Shown here: positions 52,009 to 64,000 of the stretch, one piece after another | How positions within the stretch are numbered: the first letter of the stretch is position 1 | Layout: each line of letters begins with the position of its first letter | Assembly (NCBI RefSeq): GCF_009914755.1 | Contig: NC_060925.1 | DNA: 64,000 nt | Reading direction: 5' to 3' (one strand) | Source of the DNA: the human T2T-CHM13v2.0 reference genome, Homo sapiens | Notes under the pieces: generated by a model | Seen by the model: only the letters and a program-made list of their open reading frames with translations | What the model was told of the DNA's origin: nothing | The model's database searches: none | Program-made: the position numbers and the translations under genes

Positions 52009-52441
52009 ATCTTGCATTACGATGTTTGGTTGAAACCTATGCTGCCAGTTTTGAGGAAAGGAATGAAGAACCTTTAGCCAAACGCATAAAGAATGATAAA
52101 ACAGAAAAAGAAATTTACACTTTGGCCAAGGAAGGAAATGAAAAAAATGTCCCAGAGAAGTGGAACCCTGTGGCTGGCATTGTTATTGCACTCTGTTGTC
52201 ACCACAGGTGTGATTGGAGACATTATGTGGGCAAAGAATATTTCAGGGCTCTAGGCCTTGGAGCAGTGGAATTCCATTATTTCCAGCGAATGAGTAGTTG
52301 GGCAACTTGTGGGATGCGGAAAACATCTTTGGAAACCTCAAATAGTACCACAAAGAGGCAAGATAATCAGAATGATGATAGTGAAGAGCATGATGATGGA
52401 GGATACAGAATCACAGATGATGGCGCTGATTGTTTGCCTGG
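52009..52441 (+). CDS. TRMT13: TRMT13 exon 10 (DLALRCL...ALCCHHRC...MSSWA...CLP)
   Basis: ORF 51975..52445; AG/GT flanks, 433 nt; CCHH motif. Confidence 0.96.
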
Positions 52442-52578
52442 GTAAGAGACTACTTTTGTAATGCATGATACTAAAGGAGAAATATTATATTGTACTGTAC
52501 TTTAGATGACTATTATCAACAATTCATGAAAATGTATTTTATAATCTAATTTTAGAATAAGCTAAAATATACACATCT

Positions 52579-52584
52579 TTTATT
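52579..52584 (-). terminator. LRRC39: Candidate LRRC39 polyadenylation signal (AATAAA on minus), in TRMT13 intron 10
   Basis: TTTATT on plus at 52579-52584; second candidate at 52726-52731. Confidence 0.55.
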
Positions 52585-52739
52585 GTGGTCATAAATATAA
52601 TGTGTCTTGGAAGCATGGGACAAAGTACTTAGTACATTATGGGTTAGTTAACAGTCTCTCAATAAATAGTGACAAAAATAATTTTTTATAAACTTTTGCA
52701 AAATTTTAACAATGTTTTGTGTGTGTTTATTCAATTTAG

Positions 52740-52935
52740 GCTTCTTAGTGTTGAAGAAAAGAAGAAAATAGGGCATCTTTGTAAATTGCTGATTGACCAA
52801 GGTCGAATCCAGTATTTGCAGCAGAAGGGATTCAGTCCTGCTTTGCAGTACTATACAGACCCTCTGGTGTCTTTGGAAAATGTTTTGTTAACTGCTTTAC
52901 CAAATCATTCTTCATCACCAGAAACAACTGCTTAA
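52740..52935 (+). CDS. TRMT13: TRMT13 exon 11, last coding exon (...SLENVLL...PETTA*)
   Basis: ORF 52669..52935; total CDS 1446 nt = 481 aa + stop. Confidence 0.96.
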
Positions 52936-53156
52936 TGGAAAAGAAATTTGAGCATCATCTGTCTTCCACCAAAAAAAATTTTTTAATTATATTTTTATAT
53001 CAAAAAAATATATACTTTAAATAGCAAATAATATGAACTTTAAAAAATGCTGTGGCCTCATTAAACTTTGGTAATAGCTTTTCTTTTTACTTCAGAAATC
53101 CAAACATTAGAGAATTCACCAAAGTAATCCTCTTTAGAAGGGCATCTTGAATTATA

Positions 53157-53212
53157 TTATCCATCCGTATTTATGGAGATTGGTAAAGTAGTTGAACCGT
53201 TGACTTGGTGAT
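53157..53212 (-). CDS. LRRC39: LRRC39 terminal coding exon (DHQVNGSTTLPISINTDG*)
   Basis: tgtttcAG acceptor, phase-1 match, TAA at 53157-53159; matches my recollection of the LRRC39 C-terminus. Confidence 0.85.
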
Positions 53213-53482
53213 CTGAAACATACATAACATGTCAACACATAATTAGCGTATTTCTGTTTGTATTAATTTTGGAAATTTATCTTCCTTTGATTTTATTTAA
53301 TATTTTTTATTTCTTAAGTTCAAGAGGTAGTGATTGATTGTAACAAGGGCCAATCTGAGAATTTGACTTATATGTGGACATTTTTCCCTACAGATCTGGA
53401 AAGCACAATTGTGATTTTCTCAAATGCAGACAATTCAGAGATATTCACAATTAATAAACACAATTAATTAATGAAGTCACCT

Positions 53483-53550
53483 TCAAATTTCCAGAGCCAT
53501 ACATGTATATATTGTCAGAATCTGTCCATGACAAACACAAAACTGAAGAG
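53483..53550 (-). CDS. LRRC39: LRRC39 alternative terminal exon (ALQFCVCHGQILTIYTCMALEI*)
   Basis: Acceptor ttttttctttgaaaacAG, phase-1 match, TGA at 53483-53485; protein 4 aa longer than the other isoform. Confidence 0.6.
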
Positions 53551-54588
53551 CTGTTTTCAAAGAAAAAAGATTATTTCACTTAATTATTTTGTTGGATAAT
53601 TGTCTAGTTAGAACTTCCAAAAAGATACTTACAAACATAATTCACAAATTTGAAATAATTTCTGAAGTTGATTAGCTATCTCATATCTTTTATCAGGTCA
53701 TTTTTTATATATGTAGGCACAAACAATAAGTATGTTCTCTTCTGTTTGGGAAAATAATTTGGAATAAAATAGAAATTAGATAATGAAACCAAAAACCTTC
53801 TCAAATTTAGGCCTTATTTAACTCATGACTGGTTTCTATGCACAAGAAAATACTAAACCAAATATATGGTAGGACTGTTATTCTCTTCTGCATCTTATCC
53901 CTATTTTGTTTCTGCCTTTATTTGTAAAAATTGTCTTAATTGATGGTACATTTGCCAAGACAAAGGTTCAGAATTACTAATTTTAGATATTATGATATTC
54001 TGAAATAACTATTTTTATCCTGTAGTTCTATGATTATATGATTTGTAAATAAGAAGCCTAACCAATTTAAAATTCCTGACTTTAGTCTCATATATCTTGT
54101 CAGACTGTCTCGGTTCAAATTCCAAACCTACCATCTTCAGTTGTGCGACCTTGGGCATGCTACCTAATCTCTTTGTGCCTCAATTTCCTCCTTTTAAAAT
54201 GGGGATGATGATGATAACAATAATACCTACCTCACAAGGTTGTTGTGAGCATCAAATGAGATAACACAAGTAAAATGCATAGAACAGTTCCAAGCACAGA
54301 GTAATTCAATAAATATTAACTAGTAATAGTAGTGGTAGTAACTCGTGAATCTTTTTAATAACATAATAGGCTTTGATTTTATTATCTCTTTAAGTTGTTA
54401 ACTTTTTTCCCTTGTTATAAGTTTTATGTCAAGTAAGGTAGTTTGTTTAAGTTAGTTACCCATGTCCCCAATCAAGGGAACCTAAATGAAGATATATCAT
54501 TAAATAATTAACCTTTTTTTATTGTGTCAAGCAATACTAATTTGTGTCATAAAATTTGTTTTGCATCATTCAACAATTTATGCCCAGA

Positions 54589-54594
54589 AATAAA
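54589..54594 (+). terminator. TRMT13: Candidate distal polyadenylation signal of TRMT13 (AATAAA)
   Basis: AATAAA about 1.65 kb after the stop; more proximal candidates at 53060 (ATTAAA), 53453 and 53763. Confidence 0.55.
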
Positions 54595-54767
54595 CAATAT
54601 TCTACAACAGGCATAATCTCATTTATGTTTGATAAAATATACATACACACCCAAGAATTATCATACAGAAACAGTTCTGTGGCCCATTTAGCTTAATGGT
54701 ATGTTTCTGACAATGGTATCAAGTACCTTAAAGGAAGATAAGTTTGTCCTTCAACATGCCAGCCTTA

Positions 54768-55265
<498 letters not shown>

Positions 55266-56473
55266 GACTGCCAAAATTAGAAATCATCTTCTGCCTCTAC
55301 CACCTGATTCTATTCGCCAACCCATCTTCTGTACTTCATTCTCCATCTTAGCACCACCATCTATCCAGTTGCCCTCTAAACCAAAAACATTCATTGTAAA
55401 CTCCCTTTTCTCATCTTCATTCAATTACCAATTCTGTCTCCTAATTGTCTTTATATATTCTCTGCTTTCCAAAACTAGGTCACAATTATGACTTTTTTGC
55501 CTGTCTTCCCCCAATCTGTCTCCATGTCATTGCTTCTATGACCTTGCTGCAATAAATCTAATCACCATTTCCTAAACATCCTCCACTGAATGTTAGTAAA
55601 AATTATTTCCTTTAGCTGAAAAACTCTGTCATTGTCTTCTCAGTTATATTCATTTTTCAAACTAGTTGTTGCATTAAGTTGAACTAAAATCTACCTTTTA
55701 AGTTAAAAATTCTTAACATTTTAAAATTATAAGACTATGATTTCTGTTACTATTGTTTCATTGTTTTTATTAACAAATAATTGTGCACTTTGTCCTCTTC
55801 CCCTGATCTTGGTTTAGCTTAAAGGCCCTCAATTAATTATCAGAGACTAAGTGATTGAAATCTCTATATCAAAACCTCACACTTTGTTCATTAAAATCTG
55901 TGTTCTCAGCCAGACGTGGTGGCATGCACTAATAGCCCCAGTTACTTCAGAGGCTGAGGTCGGATGATCTCTTGAGCCCAGGAGTTCAAGGCTACAGTGA
56001 GCTATGATTGTGCCTTTGAATAGCCACTGCACTCCAGCCTGGGCAACATAGTAAGACCTCATCTCTTTAAAACAAACAAACCAACAAACAAACAAAAAAC
56101 TGTGTTCTCAATATTTTTCATCCCTAGGTAAATTTTTTTTTCTATTTATGGAATGACAGGGAAGGTCAGTTCATGGTCAAACTGCTATGTGTGGCAAGCT
56201 GGTAGAATGAGGTAGCAAAGCTTTAAGAATCATGTCTTCACTCACTTGGTTTTACTTCAGATGCTTAGCCAAAGGATTTATTTCCTTCCCCCACTTGAAA
56301 GACTTTGAATATCTTTAAAACCTCTCTCTCTATTTCACTTTTTTTCTTCCCACAATATTGACTAAGAGAACAGAATTTGACAGAAAACTTAAGATGGAAT
56401 GAGAAATATATAAAGGAATTAATCAAAAGGCAGCAGTTAGTGATATACACATTACTCTACCAAAAAACATTTA

Positions 56474-56647
<174 letters not shown>

Positions 56648-56877
56648 TCATCAAAAAACAGTATTTTTATAGGTGTCATGGAAGTGTACATTTATTTCCC
56701 TGGAGAAAGGTCAAATGATAATATACTAAATTACTCGTTTTTAACTGGTTTCAATAACTGAACGACTTGGTGAGATGTGATATATCTCAAGAATCTTATG
56801 TTTTTTTCCTAAGAGAAAAAAAAACACTAGCTTTAGACAACTTACTTTCAAAGCTTATAAAAGCAACTGTTAGTCTA

Positions 56878-57141
<264 letters not shown>

Positions 57142-57417
57142 TACAGCATATATTTAATGCAATACAGCTTAACTTCTAAGAGCAATTTTAACATATCTTA
57201 AATATAAAATTAGTGCTATGAACTTAGTTTCTGCATAATTTATATACCTCCATCTTACTTATCATTGTGTCTTCACCACCCAGTACAAGGCAGGTAGTTG
57301 CTGAACAAGTGAATAAATGAATTATTTTGTTATCGAAGTTTTGGGTTTTAGTGGGTATTCTCTTATTCTCATTTGTCAGAAGATTAAGCTTTGGAAGAAA
57401 AATACTTGAGGGAGCGT

Positions 57418-57778
57418 TCAAGATGGGTTAAAACTTAAATGTCACATCTGAAACAGTAAAAATCCTAGAAGAAATCCTAGGAAAAACTCTTCTGGACATT
57501 GGCCTAGGCAAAGAATTTATGATGAAGACCTCAAAAGCAAACATAACAAAACCAAAAATAGACAAATGAGATTTAATTAGAAAAACTTCTGCACAGTAAA
57601 AGTAATAATCAACAGTTAATAGACAACCTATAGAATGGGAGAAAATATATGTAAATTATACATCTGACAAAGAACTAATATCCAGAATCTACAAAGAACT
57701 CAACAAGAAAAAAACCAACCCCACAAGCGGGCAAAGGACATGAACAGACATTTCCCAAAAGAAGACATACAAGCAACC
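57418..57778 (+). mobile_element. L1PB/L1MA ORF2 fragment
   Basis: cctagaagaaa.cctaggaaaaactcttctggacattggcctaggcaaagaattt...cttctgcacag. Confidence 0.85.
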
Positions 57779-57901
57779 TAAAATAATCTAAAATAATTTT
57801 TAAAAAGAAAAAATGCTTGACAGAGTTTTGATAGTACTTAGTAAAAAGTTATATCTAGTGGCTTTTTGTTTGTTTGTTTTTGTTTTGTTTTTAAGAAATA
57901 G

Positions 57902-58054
<153 letters not shown>

Positions 58055-58179
58055 TAATTGTTTCCCTTTGTGCTTATTTAGGAAATAAACACTTTTATGC
58101 TTTTGATTTTTATGTTGTGAGTGAAGTTTTTTTAGCTGTATAATTTTCATGAAAATGTCATCAACAGAGGACATTTCTT

Positions 58180-58923
58180 TTTTTTTTTAGGTTGGTATTA
58201 TAACATTTATTAAAATAATGCTATGGGTTAATACAAACAGCGAAGAACCAAAGAATTAAAATGCAAGCTATGTAAAATCCCAACTAAAACCCAAAAATGT
58301 CTAATGTATTCATTCATTTAGCTAACTAGAAGCCCAAAAGAGACAAGACACCCAATATAATAAAGTACTGCAAAACAATTGGCAATTTTCAGTTATCAAA
58401 ATTGTGGATTTTGCAATTTGTATCCTTTTCTCAAGAAAAAAAATTCCTTTTGAATGTTATGTAACATACATATAAAACAAGATAGAAAAATACACTATAA
58501 ACTTGTAACAATGGCTGTAAATATTTTATCTTACATGTTTCTCATAGGCAATAGGTTGGTTATGGTACATACATAGCATGAAACATAATAAAGAAAAGAC
58601 AAAAATACTTGTCAGCTGTATGGTAACATACAAGTGACACTCCCATCTACCCATGCTAAAAAATTACATAATACTGTGAGAAAAAAAGTCTTAAAAACTA
58701 CATATTTTAATAAGAAACAAATTCAATGAAGAATGATAATACTGAGAACCAAGGCATTCAGAGATTTCAAGTCATGCTTTTTTTCAGTTGATTCAAAATT
58801 TTGTCAACCAAGTTTTCAAAAGTTTGTTCAGAGCCAACATTACCCATAAAGGTCACACATTTATTATTTCATACATTTACTTTCTTCCCCATAAAAGACC
58901 TTTGATAAACATCTAAAATGGAA
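58180..58923 (-). pseudogene. Retroposed polyadenylated non-coding fragment (3'UTR-only retrocopy or orphan L1 transduction), source unidentified
   Basis: Poly(T) to 58188, TTTATT 58206-58211, TSD gacatttctt 58170-58179 / 58924-58933 with TT/AAGAAA endonuclease site. Confidence 0.7.
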
Positions 58924-59164
58924 GACATTTCTTAAAGCTGATAAATCCCAAACTGCTTTAGTTTTAAGGATTCTTTCTTGAATAGACCAGTGTTATATGA
59001 ATCCTATTCATCAAATTATAGAATGTCAACATTGGAAAAGATTTTTAAGATATCCATTCACATAAATAACAACTGAAATTTATTAATAACAATCTCTCTA
59101 CAGTACTTTTTTCTGTAGCCAGAAAGAAAGCAAGGTTTTTCAGTTTTGTGCCTACAACTTTTTA

Positions 59165-59326
<162 letters not shown>

Positions 59327-60285
59327 TTAAGGTTTCTACAATTAATTACATATAATATGAAAATATTGGTTTTGGAGTTTTAACAAATAATTTTAAGAGG
59401 TAGGGGTCTTATCATGTTGTCCAGGATGGTCTCAAACTCCTGAGCTCAGGCTATTCTCCCCCTCAGCCTCCTAAAGTGCTGGGATTACAGGCGTGAGCCA
59501 CTGCACCCAGCCTTTGGTTCTTATGTTAAAAATCAAATGTCTTTTACAACATCTTTAACCAGTATACTTATTGAGTTAACTGACATCACATTACCTGGTT
59601 ATTAGAGAAACCACATCAGGAAGTTTATCTCTACAGTACAACTCTCATGTCATATGGCAATAGAAATGAAATCAAATCAACATATTCTAGAATTCTTTCA
59701 CTATTCTCATAGGATTTCTTGAAGAAGAACTACTGTAAATGTTACCTAATCTGAGACAGAGTCTTAAGAGAACAATAAAATGATGAATATGCCCATTTAT
59801 AGCAAAGCAGTATGCATAATGCGTAACATCATGAACTCTGGGGCCAGGCTGCCTAGGTTCAAATCCTAGCTTGCCCACTTACTAACTTGAGCGAGTTAGC
59901 TAACATCTCTGTCATTAGTTTCTTCATCCACTTGTAAAGTGCATAGAAGTGCTTGGCATATGCTAAGCAAGGTGGTTATTGTGGCATATTCTTGTTAATT
60001 TCTCAAAGTCAGCCACTTTTGGCCAGGTGTGGTGGCTCAGGCATGTAATCCCAGAACTCTGGGAGGCTGAGGTAGGTGGATCACTTGAAAAAAGCCAGTT
60101 TTTTCTTCTTCCCAAACCCTTTTACTTACTTGGAACAAATGAAAATATTCTGTTAAAACAGTGTATTTCAAACTAGTTGGACCTATTGTGATTGATTATG
60201 CTTGAGATCCCATTTGTCTTGCTTGGTTATTTTTCATAAGAGGTTTCAAGACTTTTATCATTAGCATAAAGAGTTATTTCTTTTA

Positions 60286-60513
<228 letters not shown>

Positions 60514-60819
60514 TCACATCCAGGAATATTCACATTTTACTTGGGCTTTATTTAGTCATATTAGTCCGCAACAAATTAAAAATAAATATAAAGCTAAATG
60601 ACCTCCAGGGAAGTGGAAAACTCTCATAGAAAGTTCATCTATTTGAAGAAAATTTATCTTTCATAATAACCTGGTTTCAGGGTTTATAGAATGTGCCTGG
60701 CAAAACCTTTTTTTCCCTGAGAGTAAGCACCCATTATCATGTTTTCCTTTGATCCAGTAGTTGAGAATTGTATGGGAAAACTCAACATTTAACTTCCAAA
60801 TAATAGTGGTGGAGGAAAG

Positions 60820-61107
<288 letters not shown>

Positions 61108-61261
61108 GACTGGTTAATAGACTGTACAAAATCACATAGCTTTTATAATGATGGAGCCAACCCAGAAACAAAAACACATGAGTTAGAAATAAAATATTTA
61201 TTGGCCCTCTTGTATGTGTAAGAAATTATCCATATGATTATCATTTTTATTGTATGCAAAG

Positions 61262-61617
61262 TGATATGGTTTGGCTGTGTCCCCACCCAAATTTCATCTT
61301 GAATTGTACCTCCCATAATTCCCATGTGTTGTGGGAGGGACCTGGTGGGAGGCAATTGAATCATGGCGATGGTTTCCCCCTTACTGTTCTCATGGTAGTG
61401 AATAAGCCTCATGAGATCTGATGGTTTTATAAGGGGTTTCCCTTTGCACTTGGTTCTCATTCTCTCTTCCCACCATGTAAGACATGCCTTTTGCCTTCTG
61501 CCATGATTGTGAGGTCTCCCCAGCCACGTGAAACTGAGTCCATTAAACCTCTTTTTCTTTATTAGTTACCCAGTCTTGAGTATGTCTTTATCAGCAGTGT
61601 CAGAACAGACTAATACA
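61262..61617 (+). mobile_element. THE1 (ERVL-MaLR) solo LTR
   Basis: tgatatggtttggctgtgtccccacccaaat...cagactaataca; TSD caaag/caagg. Confidence 0.9.
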
Positions 61618-62333
61618 CAAGGGTATACATTTCATTAAATTGAACTATTAGAAGATATAATGTATATGTATATACTGTGTTTTATTTGCAAGAGCGACAA
61701 TTGTTGGTGACAAGTTTGCTTGTTTGGAAGAAAAGTCTGATACACTAATTAAGATAAAGTGGGAGAAGGGAATAGCCTATTTTATTATTTTTCTTAACTT
61801 TTATCTTGTAAAGTCATTGTTTTCAAAGCCAAAGCACCATGGAAACTTCTTCACTGATTCTAAGAGCATTAAATATTTTCAAAAAGTAATACAAATGTCT
61901 TTATTTTTATATGATCAATTTGGTTTGACCAATAACAAGACATCATACCAAATCAAAGTTTGGAGGCATTCCAGTCCCATTGCTATCACTACATTGTCTG
62001 TGCTTTATGATAACCATTTATTAATTCAAAAAGCATTTAAGTAATCACTACAACCTAGGCTCTGCCCTCAATTCTGAGACTATAATACAACTCTCACCCT
62101 GGCCTTCAAGGAGATCACAGTTTAACAAATGATGTCAGTACTGTGATAATAATAGAAGTATCTTTTACACTAAATCTTTCTCCAGTTAAAACCTGCATTA
62201 TACTTAAGGAAATGGTTTTCTCTAAATATTTTTTCTGAAATACATAGAATTTTCTCATTAGTTTTATTATTGTTAACAACCACACATTGAGTGGTCAACT
62301 ACTGCAGATGGAAAATACAATCATAGGCATTTA

Positions 62334-62850
<517 letters not shown>

Positions 62851-63314
62851 TACAGCATAACTTACTTGCCAATTTTGTATTGGCAAATTCGGAGTTCTTA
62901 GTGTCTTTCCTTTTCCCAGTCTGTGTCCTGTCCCTTCTTCAAACAAGGGACAAGTTTATCCGTGCAATAGGAAAAAAAAAAAAATCGAAAACTATTTTCA
63001 TTTTGTCTACACAAAATCCTCAGCAATTTTCTATTTGGATTTTTTTTTCCCATTTGAAGAATCTTCTTGTTTTGCTTTATTGCCTTCAACCTGTTGTTTC
63101 CTAAGAGGAATAGCTGAGCCGACAATATTGTTCCGAGAATCACAGGATATTTTCCAAAGAGGCTTTTCTTTCATTGAAATCTCATCTTGAATCACCTCAG
63201 TAAATCCACAAACTTGAATCCCCTAGAAGCTTCAATTTAGATTAAATGTTTAAAATTCTCAAGGTTGAGGGCTGTATAAAGAGGTCTTTATTCCATGTAT
63301 CCAAAAAAATCTTA

Positions 63315-63530
<216 letters not shown>

Positions 63531-64000
63531 CTACAGTAAAAGAAATGATGGTTGTTGTATATTACTTAAATTTTTTTAGTATCACGCCACCCTGAAATGT
63601 GATATTTGACTTATACAAGCACTTTGGAATATTTGGAATTTGTTTTCCTTAGTGGGTTACTTTTCCAAGTGCTTTGTGTGACTTCCGGATTTTAAGATCT
63701 TTCCTTTTTTTTTTCTTTTTCTTTTTTTTTTTTTTTTTTTGGCTAAACCTTCAAACCCCAATCATGATAGAATAAACAAAAATATTTTGATCAATAATGT
63801 ACACACATCCAGTATGTCCTGATGATTCTGTTATGCAGTATTAGGCTTTCCTAAAGTACATATATGTTATTGAAAATGAGACAATCCAAAAAAATAATTT
63901 CAATCAATAATTCAAACTGCTTTTCCACTTCTGTTTTGAAATACACGAATATTTTTAAAAATTTATTTTTTAATTTGAGAATTTTAAGAGTTTCAACTAT

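Noticed and set aside
58187-58196. ttaggttggt resembling a MADE1 terminal repeat
   Set aside because: Only 10 bp with no partner end; it is the poly(A) junction of the retro-insertion. A genuine MADE1-like half lies at about 40581-40613.
61143-61460. 105-aa ORF
   Set aside because: Antisense translation of the THE1 LTR.

Overview
Human (primate) genomic DNA that I recognise as the SASS6-TRMT13-LRRC39 locus (chr1p21). Minus strand: SASS6 (centriolar cartwheel protein SAS-6) coding exons 1-14, 1674 nt / 558 codons; its last exons lie left of the window. Plus strand: the complete TRMT13 CDS (tRNA:m4X 2'-O-methyltransferase, 11 exons, 481 aa), head-to-head with SASS6 across a CpG-rich bidirectional promoter (354 bp between the ATGs). 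Minus strand: the 3' part of LRRC39 (myomasp), whose two alternative terminal exons lie antisense inside the TRMT13 3' UTR. I checked all exon boundaries by hand for GT/AG and phase continuity. Introns are dense in Alu, old L1/L2/MIR, MER/Tigger DNA transposons and MaLR solo LTRs. Most notable extras: a disabled LYRM4 (ISD11) retrocopy, an unidentified 3'UTR-only retrocopy with TSDs in an LRRC39 intron, a young AluYa5-like insertion, a perfect 41-bp duplication that doubles an E-box near the promoter, and an ATG at TRMT13 codon 48. I found no evidence for a wholly new biological system; repeat subfamily names and boundaries are by eye and approximate.
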